Assembly: GCA_965243525.1 (NCBI GenBank) | Contig: OZ251568.1 | Coordinates: 466,119-530,118 of the forward strand | Direction of reading: 5' to 3' | Origin: Spirochaetia bacterium | Lineage (GTDB): Bacteria; Spirochaetota; Spirochaetia; WTKD01 | DNA length: 64,000 nt | Shown here: positions 1 through 9,077 of the stretch, piece by piece | Layout: each line of letters starts with the position of its first letter | Numbering within the stretch: the stretch's first letter is position 1 | The notes under the pieces: generated by a model | What the model saw: only the letters and a program-made list of their open reading frames with translations | Databases searched by the model: none | What the model was told of the DNA's origin: nothing | Position numbers and translations under genes: made by a program

Positions 1-330
1 TCCCCCATATAATCATAGACAACTGATTCGATATTGTATTTCTTTTCAACAAGCCGCTCTTCTACGTTTTTTACCAAGGACACATCGCGAAGCATCTCGA
101 TATGTACAGCCAAGATTTCGTTTTCATGTTTTGAAACCCCACTGCGCAGCTGCACAAATTCAATTTCTTGGATGGCTGACTGCACTGCTAATTCTAATCG
201 ATGTATTTCTTGTGGAATCGTTTTCTCATCGATTGGATGACGAGGAATAGTTGGCACTGGATCATAGGGCAGTATATAAGCGGGTGCCTTATCAATACCA
301 TGTGAGACAGCTATTCCAGTGAGGATTTCC
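1..330 (-). CDS. ptsI: Phosphoenolpyruvate-protein phosphotransferase (PTS enzyme I), N-terminal fragment. Start codon at 330-328; the 3' part runs off the left edge of the window.
   Basis: Reverse-strand translation gives MEILTGIAVSHGIDKAPAYILPYDP...LAVQSAIQEIEFVQLRS...ILAVHIEMLRD, which resembles the EI N-terminal HPr-binding domain (MISGILASPGIA.GKA..L). The reading frame is open all the way to position 1. Confidence 0.5.
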
Positions 331-378
331 ATATCTGAGTGTATGGCATCTTTATGCACAACGTCAAATTAGGGTTAT

Positions 379-438
379 TTCTGTTTAGCAGATGACAAAA
401 TACTCTATACAGTTGAAAATTATCCGATAAGAAACTAT
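379..438 (+). repeat. Copy A of a 60-bp direct repeat. It differs from the copy at 1967-2026 by 1 mismatch.
   Basis: ttctgtttagcagaTGacaaaatactctatacagttgaaaattatccgataagaaactat was read directly. The second copy is identical except for G394 versus A1982. Confidence 0.85.
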
Positions 439-728
439 CCTTTATTCCACTCAATGTGCTAGCAACGATTTCTAGACTTCAGGGCATGCTTGATTAAATA
501 ATTATTGATTCTCCTTGATTACATCGAGAATAATGCCAAATACTTGACCCTTGGATCAATTGTTTTTAATGCTTTGACATGTTTCACCATGACATCCGTG
601 GCGTGTGGGGCAAGCTAATTTATCATGCGTATAGAATTTCCCTACGCTTAGATCTCCCAGTAGATGTCTGTGCACCCTCTCATACCCCATATCAACAAGA
701 TATAGGAATCCGAAGGTGAGATATTCGC

Positions 729-938
729 TTATTCGAGATAATTATGTTGTTGTTTGTCAAGTGCGTCTTTGACGGCACGTTCTATGGCTTCGAGTTGCTT
801 ACGTTCAGCCTCTTGAGCCTTCTCCTCTTCTGTTAAGAAGTACTTTCTTCGTCGATAGCTCCCGTAGATATGTAGCGCTATCCACACACAAACCAAAACA
901 CCCAGGGCCCGTATTATCGTATCAACAGAATCCATCAT
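729..938 (-). CDS. Hypothetical small protein (69 aa) with a single predicted TM helix and a charged coiled-coil tail.
   Basis: ORF with hydrophobic segment ALGVLVCVWIALHIYG followed by an EEEKAQEAERKQLEAIERA tail. No recognisable family. Confidence 0.3.
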   Translation of the reverse strand: MMDSVDTIIRALGVLVCVWIALHIYGSYRRRKYFLTEEEKAQEAERKQLEAIERAVKDALDKQQHNYLE

Positions 939-954
939 GTATATTCGCTCCTTG

Positions 955-990
955 TTATATATATATTACGCATATATTACGCATATTTTC
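955..990. repeat. Short tandem repeat (atatattacgc x2) embedded in an AT-rich stretch.
   Basis: tatatatattacgcatatattacgcatattttcc was read directly. Confidence 0.5.
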
Positions 991-1285
991 CTTTTTTTAT
1001 GTATACAATATACATAAATTTATTTATGCGCATACTGCTTATATACATAACAGATAACTCATGTGAATGGTTACACAATGTCGCAATTAAATCATGTAGT
1101 TGGTTGTTCTCCTGCTTCACTCGTTCATACTCCATAGCTCTGCGCTCCCGCTCTTCCTCAATCCTCTTGCTCTCCATCTGCGCCTCAGTCTCAGCACGCT
1201 TAAACCTGTACCAAGCAGCCACCCCCAAGCAACGCACGACACTCCAACGACATTGATTAGTACTATATAGTCTGTACGAAATCAC
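977..1285 (-). CDS. Hypothetical charged coiled-coil protein. The true start may be an internal Met.
   Basis: ORF rich in E/R/K (MESKRIEEERERRAMEYERVKQENNQLHDLIA). Its N-terminal part runs through the AT-rich repeat, so the start is uncertain. Confidence 0.25.
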   Translation of the reverse strand: MISYRLYSTNQCRWSVVRCLGVAAWYRFKRAETEAQMESKRIEEERERRAMEYERVKQENNQLHDLIATLCNHSHELSVMYISSMRINKFMYIVYIKKGKYA

Positions 1286-1966
1286 TTATTAAATACCCCT
1301 CATCGTTTGGGATAACTCTCTAAGGCTCTACGAGCCCCTCTCCTGCCTAAATTTTGACTGTGAATGAACGGCCATCCTGCCTGAGAATAGATATACCAAT
1401 ATCTTCCTTAAGAATAAACGAGAAGCACACTCTACAAGCTTCTGCATCATATCAAATATCATTACTTTAATTGCCTAGTGCAAAATCATCTCCCACAATG
1501 TAGTGTTTGCAGAATCAATGTAATTAGTACGAGATCCTGAGCGTCCCTATTTGATCCACGTATTACCGTTCTTATCGTTTCCAGAATGTAATTCTCGGTG
1601 CGCTAATCGGATGGCTGTAGTGCTCTGCGTTTTCGTGTATCAGCACGTCAATCGCAAGGTCAAGATTTCGATATTCCTAACACCTTTCTCTACTTCTGCA
1701 ATGTTAAAATCTTTGCTGCCATAGTTAAAATAGGGGCTTACCACGTCGCGGATAGCAGTGCAGATAGATGGATCCCACCGCCAATCCCAAGTGGACACGC
1801 TTCCACAGTTGTCTCAGAAACACCTCTTGTCATTAGGAACGTTGAATGATGCAGCAAACGCGTCGAGGGCCCTACCAACCTGTAGATCATTGTATTTCGA
1901 CCCAACACTGTATGGAATTAGTCCGTTGGGTAGATCGAAATGGCAAAGACATCTAAAATTACGAAG

Positions 1967-2026
1967 TTCTGTTTAGCAGATAACAAAATACTCTATACAG
2001 TTGAAAATTATCCGATAAGAAACTAT
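1967..2026 (+). repeat. Copy B of the 60-bp direct repeat. It ends exactly at the AT of the GerM-like start codon (2025-2027).
   Basis: ttctgtttagcagaTAacaaaatactctatacagttgaaaattatccgataagaaactat matches 379-438 in 59 of 60 positions. Confidence 0.85.
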
Positions 2027-2864
2027 GAAAAAGCACAAAAAACAGCGGTCTTCGGCCTGGATATTTTGGTCAATCATACTCGTGCTTGGCTTGGTCATGT
2101 TTTTTGTAAATAAAAATACAATTGATTCTGTACTTGAAAAAACACAACTCTTTGAGAAAATCAAAAATAGAAATAATGCTTCTCCTGTTGAGATAATTAT
2201 TGAAAAGCCACAGGATCCTGCAGTGGAATCTAATGCTCCACAGCCTTCCAACGAAAAAAATCAAACAACACCACCTCCTTCGGAAGCCTCTGAAACCGCT
2301 CCATCACAAAGCAACGAAATTGCTGCTTTGCCAGAAGAACAAGCGAATCTCAACGCGATTTCTCCGGAAAAAGATCCGCCTTCTGATGCTCCTGCAAGCG
2401 ATGACACAGGGCCCGGATCAGATGAATCAGATGAATCTTTCCGAACGATATCTTTATATTTTCTCAAACAAACAGGATCGACAATCCAATTAGAACGAAT
2501 AACTCGAAAGGTGCCTCAGACCCCTGCTCCACTTTCTGAAAACATCCGCTATCTTTTGAATGGCCCCACTGCATCTGAACAGCAAGCAGGCATTCTCAGC
2601 TTGATTCCCTCGCAAAGCAAACTGCTCTCTGCATGGGTGAAGGACAAAGTTGCCTATTTAAATTTCAACACCGCTTTTCGCTTTAATCAATATGGACGTG
2701 AAGGATCGGATGCGCAGCTTCGACAGATCGTTCATACCGCCATTCAATTTCCTACCGTTGATTCTGTGCAAATCCTTATTGAGGGGGAGGTGCTCGACTT
2801 TCTCTCTGGGGATGGCGTGCATATTGGAAACCCGCTCACCCTGGCAACAATCGCTAAAGAATAG
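2025..2864 (+). CDS. GerM (GerMN)-domain lipoprotein/secreted protein with an N-terminal signal/TM segment and a Pro/Ser/Glu-rich linker.
   Basis: N-terminal KKHKKQRSSAWIFWSIILVLGLVMFF (signal anchor), a low-complexity region of roughly 70-150 aa, and a C-terminal LYFLKQTGSTIQLERITRKVP...YLLNGPT...AYLNFNTAF...VDSVQILIEGEV typical of the GerMN domain. Confidence 0.6.
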   Translation: MKKHKKQRSSAWIFWSIILVLGLVMFFVNKNTIDSVLEKTQLFEKIKNRNNASPVEIIIEKPQDPAVESNAPQPSNEKNQTTPPPSEASETAPSQSNEIAALPEEQANLNAISPEKDPPSDAPASDDTGPGSDESDESFRTISLYFLKQTGSTIQLERITRKVPQTPAPLSENIRYLLNGPTASEQQAGILSLIPSQSKLLSAWVKDKVAYLNFNTAFRFNQYGREGSDAQLRQIVHTAIQFPTVDSVQILIEGEVLDFLSGDGVHIGNPLTLATIAKE

Positions 2865-3657
2865 ATTCATAGACCAGTGTTTCAATTGAAACACATGAAC
2901 CTGATTCACTATCAATCGCTGCAACAACACCATGGATCGTTGCAGTATTCTCACTGACCGTAAAGGGTAAGGGAATATTGGTAGTCATATTTTTCACACT
3001 CGTGTTTGCATTAAATCCAATAACACTTTCGCGGGGAATGCAGGCTCCTATGTCGGTGCAATATCCCGTCCCTTTTTGCTGGATGCGAGCATCGCGAGTC
3101 TGTGTGTGCGTATGGGTGCCAAAAACAAGGCTTGCCTTGCCATCGAAATACTGCGCAAAGGTCTGTTTCTCAGCCACATCCTCGGCGTGAAAATCAACAA
3201 TAACAATTGAACTATTGTCCCCTTGCTTTTTTATAGCTGCCTGCACCGCCTTAAAGGGGCAATCGATTGCATCCATGTGCTTTCTTCCCTGTGCGTTTAT
3301 GATCAATATATTTTTTTCGTTCACCTGCATAGAGCACCATCCCTTTCCTGGACATACCGATGGATAATTGATCGGTCGCAGGACTCGATCTTCCCTATTC
3401 AGAAGTTCATAAGCTTCGTCTTGTCGCCACACATGGTTGCCTGTCGTGATAACATCGACACCCACGTGGTGTAGTTCTTGAATAATCGAATAGGTAATCC
3501 CAAACCCCTCGCACGCATTCTCTGCGTTAGCAAGAATTAGGTTTGGACGATATTTTGAGCGGAGTGTTGCAAGAGAAGTAGTCACTGCTCGCATCCCTGG
3601 ATGGCCAATAATGTCACCAAGAACAAGAACAGTGAATAATTTAGCGGGCATATTCAA
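2854..3657 (-). CDS. ymdB: YmdB-family metallophosphoesterase (2',3'-cyclic-nucleotide phosphodiesterase, TIGR00282-like).
   Basis: LVLGDIIGHPG...LILANAENA..G.GIT...GVDVITTGNHVW...FHAE..AEKQ...GTHTHTQTRDARI are the characteristic YmdB motifs. The gene lies immediately downstream of rny, as in Bacillus. Confidence 0.75.
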   Translation of the reverse strand: MNMPAKLFTVLVLGDIIGHPGMRAVTTSLATLRSKYRPNLILANAENACEGFGITYSIIQELHHVGVDVITTGNHVWRQDEAYELLNREDRVLRPINYPSVCPGKGWCSMQVNEKNILIINAQGRKHMDAIDCPFKAVQAAIKKQGDNSSIVIVDFHAEDVAEKQTFAQYFDGKASLVFGTHTHTQTRDARIQQKGTGYCTDIGACIPRESVIGFNANTSVKNMTTNIPLPFTVSENTATIHGVVAAIDSESGSCVSIETLVYESIL

Positions 3658-5179
3658 TAATACGCGTTTCTCGAATCAACGTAATGCGAATTCTTCCTGA
3701 ATAGCTCAGCTCTTTTTCAATCCTCTTAGTGATATCGCGCGCTATCGTTCTCGTATCAACATCAGAAAGTGCCTCATGGTCAATGATCACCCGAAGTTCT
3801 CTTCCTGCTTGTATCGCATAGGCTTGTTTCACCCCTTCAAATTCCAAAGCAATTGATTCAAGTGCACGTAGTCGTTTGATGTATGCTTCCAGCGATTCTT
3901 TGCGAGCACCCGGGCGAGAAGCAGACAGCGTGTCTGCGATTTGTACAATGGCCGCTTCAATACAGATATATGGTACATCTCCATGGTGTGCCGCGATACA
4001 ATTCACCACCTTTTCAGATTCTTTCATCCGCTTTGCTAGTTCCACACCCAGTTCGACATGGCTTGCATCTGCATCTGAAAACAATGCTTTTCCAACATCG
4101 TGCAGCAGTCCACCGCGTTTTGCAATCACTACATCAGCGTGGAGTTCTGCAGCAAGCATTCCTGCGATATGCGCAACTTCAAGCGAATGGGTGAGCATGT
4201 TCTGCCCATAGCTCGTTCTAAAATGAAGCCTTCCAATTCCAGAAATACCTTCTTTGTTCATATTTTGAATTGAAAGGTCAAAGAGTGCTTTTTCTCCGAG
4301 TTCAAAAATATAATTTTGAATATCGACTTTTTGCTTTTCTACAATCTCTTCAATGCGCGTAGGATGAATTCTCCCGTCATTGATGAGGTATTCTAATGAT
4401 CGTCGTGCAACTTCACGTCGCACTGGATCGAAACAAGAAAGCGAAACAAATTCTGATCCGGCATCATCGATTATGATATCCACCCCAGTGAGGGTTTCAA
4501 GAGCACGAATATTTCGCCCCTCACGCCCGATGATCCGTCCCTTCATCTCTTGGTTCGGCAATTGCACCGAAACAGTCGTGTTTTCAACACTTACTTCAGA
4601 AGCAATTCGCTGCATCGATCCGACCAGCAACCGTTGTGCCAAACGCTGTGCATCCTGTGCTGCATCCTGCTCAACCTTGTTGATCAGCGATTGCGCATCT
4701 CGTTGTGCCTCTGTTTCAAGCGATTGAATAAGCATTGATTTTGCTTCTTCACTCGTGAGATCAGCAAGTTTTTCAACTTTCTTCCTCCACGATTCAATAT
4801 CCTGCTCTAGTTTTTTAGCGCCTTGATGTATTTTCCTCTCGCGAGAATCAAGTGCTGATTGTCTTCGTTGAAGTGACTGCGTTTGTGCCTCGCAAGAATC
4901 CTCACGATTTGAAAGACGTTTTTCTTGCCTTTTTAAATCGGAACGCATCTCACGAAATTCTTTTTCCTGCTCTAGACGCTCTTTTTGAAGAGCCTCTCGC
5001 GTCTTAAGAATTATTTCTTTTTTTTGTGCCTCAACTTCTTTAATTGCATCAAGCTTTAACCGTTCAGCTTTTTGTTCTTCAGATGTCAATTGAAATTTCG
5101 CATATAATAAGCGAAACAACCATCCAGCTACAATTCCCAAGAGAGGAAGTGCAATATAGACAATAACAATTATGTCCAT
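3641..5179 (-). CDS. rny: Ribonuclease Y.
   Basis: N-terminal TM helix, a long coiled coil (KAERLKLDAIKEVEAQKKEI...), KH domain (GREGRNIRALETLTGVDIIIDD) and HD domain (HSLEVAHIAGMLAAEL...LLHDVGKA). 512 aa. Confidence 0.9.
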   Translation of the reverse strand: MDIIVIVYIALPLLGIVAGWLFRLLYAKFQLTSEEQKAERLKLDAIKEVEAQKKEIILKTREALQKERLEQEKEFREMRSDLKRQEKRLSNREDSCEAQTQSLQRRQSALDSRERKIHQGAKKLEQDIESWRKKVEKLADLTSEEAKSMLIQSLETEAQRDAQSLINKVEQDAAQDAQRLAQRLLVGSMQRIASEVSVENTTVSVQLPNQEMKGRIIGREGRNIRALETLTGVDIIIDDAGSEFVSLSCFDPVRREVARRSLEYLINDGRIHPTRIEEIVEKQKVDIQNYIFELGEKALFDLSIQNMNKEGISGIGRLHFRTSYGQNMLTHSLEVAHIAGMLAAELHADVVIAKRGGLLHDVGKALFSDADASHVELGVELAKRMKESEKVVNCIAAHHGDVPYICIEAAIVQIADTLSASRPGARKESLEAYIKRLRALESIALEFEGVKQAYAIQAGRELRVIIDHEALSDVDTRTIARDITKRIEKELSYSGRIRITLIRETRIIEYAR

Positions 5180-5299
5180 TGTATTCCTCCACTACATATT
5201 TATCTGGACCCCTGCCAGACTGCCCATTATACCTAGCGACAGATATCCTTGTCAAATTGATTGCACAGATAGAATCATCCTTCTATAGTTGTAGCATAC

Positions 5300-6580
5300 A
5301 TGGCAGCGTATAGTGTCAAGAATATCGCTACGGGGAGAATTTTTGAGGATCGGTTCACCGACAAGGGATTTCTGCTGAGTGATCCAAAGTCTGCAGATGA
5401 TAGCCTGCTCCAAACGGTATATCCAAAGGATGCACGGATTGACACTTCAAAAAATACGTTTGAACGCTATGCAGGATTTATTCCCACCAATCGCCCCATT
5501 CCCCCCGGATCGCGATCAATTACCTACCATGCAACAACATTGGGTGAACATCTTGGATTAGAACAATTATACATCACCGTCAGTGGCTATGTGCCTCGAT
5601 TGGGGACTACCTACATGTCAGGAAGTTTTAAAGAATGTGAGGCCCTATCCGTCTTTGCACGCATGCCTCAGAATGCTCATGGGAAGACCCTTGTGATTGC
5701 TTCTGCTGGAAATACTGCACGCGCCTTCGCTCATATCGCTGAACTATGCGAACAACCAGTGCTTCTTGTTGTTGCAGAACAAAATGCATCAGCACTCTGG
5801 TGTCGCCATCCCGATCCTCGGTTTGTTCGAGTCTTGCATGTTGCTCATGGAGATTATTACGATGCGATTCACGCGGCAAATATCGTATGCAGCTTTGACG
5901 GTTTTATCCCAGAAGGTGGGGCAAAAAACATCGCACGGCGCGATGGCATGGGGACGACCATGCATGAGGCCATCTCCGTGATGGAAGCAATCCCCCAACA
6001 TTATTTTCAGGCAGTTGGAAGTGGTACCGGCGCAATAGCTGCCTGTGAGGCCGTGGAACGGAGAATTGAACGAGAATATCCGAATGCTCCGCTGTGCACC
6101 CTACACCTTTCACAAAATGCTCCCTTCACGTTGCTGGTTGACTCGTGGAACACCCGGACAAGATCCTTGGCAGAACTTTCTGACGATGATGGAAGAGCCC
6201 AAAGTGCAGTGATCCACGCGCCAGTCCTTGCAAATCGCAACCCAGTCTATGGCATTTCCGGTGGCGTTTTCGACGTTTTGCATAAGACAAATGGACATAT
6301 GTATGCGGTGACAAATGAGGAAACGAAACAGTCGCAGGCCGAATTCACCCATTGTGAAGGCTATGATATCGATCCTGCCGCCGCAGTAGCCTATGCAAGT
6401 CTTAAACAGGCAATTGCATTGGGGCGCATCCCCACTACCGATCTGTGCATGCTGAACATCACCGGGGCAGGATATGCAGGAATTTTTCAATCCTTCAACC
6501 CTCAACCACTTTCACCCAACTGGACAATCGATGTAGGACAGATGACTCATGACACCCTTGCATCCTTACTGCTAGAATAA
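5300..6580 (+). CDS. PLP-dependent threonine-synthase-fold enzyme, cysteate-synthase-like.
   Basis: A candidate PLP-lysine motif (MSGSFKECEA) is followed by TLVIASAGNTARAFA, the fold-type II PLP signature of the threonine synthase/cysteate synthase family. 426 aa. Confidence 0.55.
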   Translation: MAAYSVKNIATGRIFEDRFTDKGFLLSDPKSADDSLLQTVYPKDARIDTSKNTFERYAGFIPTNRPIPPGSRSITYHATTLGEHLGLEQLYITVSGYVPRLGTTYMSGSFKECEALSVFARMPQNAHGKTLVIASAGNTARAFAHIAELCEQPVLLVVAEQNASALWCRHPDPRFVRVLHVAHGDYYDAIHAANIVCSFDGFIPEGGAKNIARRDGMGTTMHEAISVMEAIPQHYFQAVGSGTGAIAACEAVERRIEREYPNAPLCTLHLSQNAPFTLLVDSWNTRTRSLAELSDDDGRAQSAVIHAPVLANRNPVYGISGGVFDVLHKTNGHMYAVTNEETKQSQAEFTHCEGYDIDPAAAVAYASLKQAIALGRIPTTDLCMLNITGAGYAGIFQSFNPQPLSPNWTIDVGQMTHDTLASLLLE

Positions 6581-6598
6581 CACAAGGAATTACAAGAC

Positions 6599-7873
6599 AT
6601 GGATATTTTTCAAAAATGCGATACAGATCAAGGAAATTTCGGAACTTTGCGCGCAGCAGGTGATCGATGTTTCACACGTCCCACACTTTCGCCGAAGCCT
6701 GGCAGAATCATGCAATCGGATGGAAAGCCCCTCATTATGTGGTCGGTGAACAATTATCTGGGACTCGCCAACCATCCAGAAGTTCAGAAAGTGGCTGAAG
6801 AGACGATACGCACTTATGGGGTGAGCGCTCCTATGGGATCGCGCATGATGAGCGGCACCACCGAGCACCACCTTGCCTTCGAGGAAGCGCTTGCTGAATT
6901 TTCTCAAAAAGAAGCTGCCTATTTGTTTAACTATGGATATATGGGCGTCCTAGGCATCGTGAGTGCCCTTGTTGGAAAAAAAGACATCGTTATTATGGAC
7001 AAGCTCGCACACGCATGCATCGTTGATGCTGCATTTTTGTCACAGGCAACCGTTCGCGTATTCAGACACAACAATCCAGACAGTCTTGAATCAATTCTTA
7101 AACGCCTCAACCACAGCGATGAAGGAGGAGTGATGATCATCACCGAAGGAGTCTATGGAATGACCGGCGATCTTGCTCCACTTCCTGATATCGTAGCGTT
7201 AAAAAATAAATACAAGGCGCGCCTCTTCATTGATGATGCACATGGCTGCGGCGTCATCGGTGAAAAAGGACGAGGAACCGCTGATCATTTTGGTGTTCAG
7301 GACGATATCGACATCTATTTCGGCACCTTTGCAAAATCTTTCGCCGGCATAGGTGGATTTGGCGCATCTTTCAAAAATGTCATCGAATGGATTGGTTATA
7401 ATGCGCGCACCCAGGTCTTCGCAAAAAGCCTTCCTATGATTTACGTGAAGACCATGCAAAAGATGTTGGAGCTCATCGAAAGCGGCGATGCGCTTCGCTC
7501 CCAACTCTGGAAAACAAGTAATGCCTTGAAAGAAGGGTTAAAAAACGCCGGGTATTTCATAGGCCCGGGGCATTCTCCCATATGCAGTGTTTTTCTTCCT
7601 CTGCACGGGAGTACCGTAGAAGAAATTGCAGGAAGAACGGTCTCTTTTTTGCGAAAAGCAGGCGTCTTCGTTTCGATAGTGGCCTATCCTGTTATTCCGA
7701 TGGGACTCTGTATGTTTCGACTCATCCCCACCGTTGAGCATCTTCCTGAAGATGTCGAAACAACTGTACAGCAGTTCATCGCTATGCGTGATGCCTTGAA
7801 ACTAGACATGTCTTTCAATGCGACTGATCTTGAAAAGATTCAACAACTCTATGGAAAAAATGTAGTGATTTGA
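6599..7873 (+). CDS. Alpha-oxoamine synthase (class II aminotransferase), serine-palmitoyltransferase/cysteate-acyltransferase-like.
   Basis: DIFQKC...PLIMWSVNNYLGLANHPEVQKVA, FIDDAHGCGVIGEKGRGTADHFGV and GTFAKSFAGIGGF (the PLP-Lys region) are alpha-oxoamine synthase motifs. The N-terminal extension is more SPT-like than KBL- or BioF-like. 424 aa. Confidence 0.7.
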   Translation: MDIFQKCDTDQGNFGTLRAAGDRCFTRPTLSPKPGRIMQSDGKPLIMWSVNNYLGLANHPEVQKVAEETIRTYGVSAPMGSRMMSGTTEHHLAFEEALAEFSQKEAAYLFNYGYMGVLGIVSALVGKKDIVIMDKLAHACIVDAAFLSQATVRVFRHNNPDSLESILKRLNHSDEGGVMIITEGVYGMTGDLAPLPDIVALKNKYKARLFIDDAHGCGVIGEKGRGTADHFGVQDDIDIYFGTFAKSFAGIGGFGASFKNVIEWIGYNARTQVFAKSLPMIYVKTMQKMLELIESGDALRSQLWKTSNALKEGLKNAGYFIGPGHSPICSVFLPLHGSTVEEIAGRTVSFLRKAGVFVSIVAYPVIPMGLCMFRLIPTVEHLPEDVETTVQQFIAMRDALKLDMSFNATDLEKIQQLYGKNVVI

Positions 7874-7897
7874 ACTGTTGTTCAGCAAGAAAATCGC

Positions 7898-9028
7898 CTA
7901 AAAGGGCAATTCCATTGTATTGTTCTTCCACTTCAGCGAACGAAATTTCATTCCATTGATCAACAGTCGGGGCAATGGTTTTCGACGACGCTTTGGTGTT
8001 AGCTGATAGGAGATGTTTTTCGTGATCGGCACCTTGTAGGCTTCGACAAATTCAATCAGAGTGCCATCCATATCCTCTATATAGGCAAAACGCCCAGAAG
8101 CCTCATTCATATCAAAAGATTCCTTGCTGTCGATAACAAATGGATAGCCAAAGGATTCGCAGGTTGTTTTCAATGCATCCATATTGGTGACGTCAAAACA
8201 GGCATGGATAAACCCCATATCTCCCCACAATCGCCCCTCATAGATTCGATTAGGCACCCGGTCCAGCACCTGCACCAATTCTATCGTGCTTTCTCGGAAA
8301 AAATGTTGTAATGGCCCGGCTGCCTTGTTTCGGAGTAGCACACGGCGGAGTTCATTTTTGCCCCCGAAAAGCGATTGCATATCCTCAAAGTTTCCGACTT
8401 CATCATAGACAATATCCGTATATCCTAAAATATCTCGATACAATATCAAAGACGCATCTATATCTGAGACCCCAATCACAACCCCCATGACTCCCCCAGT
8501 CTTGGTCCTTCCAATTGTGTTCTCACCGGGAGGATAATATTTTGGATCAGAAAACCACGACGTGCCTGTTTGAATGTTAAAGGTGTTGCCGTTAAAATCA
8601 GCCATATAAAAATGTTGATTACCTGATGGGTCTAGCAACGGTTCAGTGTGCACATATAAATCAGCAGCATAGTAGGCATCAAAACAAGGTAATACCTGGG
8701 GAGATCGAATAACCACTGCAAAAATACCAAGATCGCCGATTTTCGACATCTCAATGGATTGCTCACTGTATCGACTTTTGTATTGCCAGATTTCCAGACC
8801 GCCGCCACCTGCCATATTCATCATAAACGCAGCATGCCGCAGGTGAATTTCGCCACCGGTATAGGGAATCATCAATTCCGCAACGTCTTCATCTTGAAAA
8901 ACCATGGTGTTAAACCCAAAAAACCGTCCATACCATTGCAGAGCAGGAGCAAGCGTACTGACACCGACGCCTACTTGCTGGATGCCTCCGATACTATATT
9001 CATCGTTATTTGTTTTGTTATTTGCCAT
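7898..9028 (-). CDS. Two-domain VOC (glyoxalase/bleomycin-resistance/dioxygenase) superfamily protein.
   Basis: 376 aa. The tandem beta-alpha-beta-beta-beta-like halves (GIQQVGVGVSTL...; GVMGVVIGVSDIDASLILYRDILGY) resemble VOC modules. Function unknown. Confidence 0.4.
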   Translation of the reverse strand: MANNKTNNDEYSIGGIQQVGVGVSTLAPALQWYGRFFGFNTMVFQDEDVAELMIPYTGGEIHLRHAAFMMNMAGGGGLEIWQYKSRYSEQSIEMSKIGDLGIFAVVIRSPQVLPCFDAYYAADLYVHTEPLLDPSGNQHFYMADFNGNTFNIQTGTSWFSDPKYYPPGENTIGRTKTGGVMGVVIGVSDIDASLILYRDILGYTDIVYDEVGNFEDMQSLFGGKNELRRVLLRNKAAGPLQHFFRESTIELVQVLDRVPNRIYEGRLWGDMGFIHACFDVTNMDALKTTCESFGYPFVIDSKESFDMNEASGRFAYIEDMDGTLIEFVEAYKVPITKNISYQLTPKRRRKPLPRLLINGMKFRSLKWKNNTMELPF

Positions 9029-9077
9029 ATTCTAGTCCTGTGATTGCATACCTCTCACTAGCACAGATAGCCTCGCA

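Noticed and set aside
3876-4738. Multiple ORFs of 100-115 aa on the plus strand inside rny, and similar antisense ORFs inside carB, dnaB, fliD, flgK and pyk.
   Set aside because: They are embedded antisense within strongly supported genes, with no RBS or motifs. Typical spurious ORFs.
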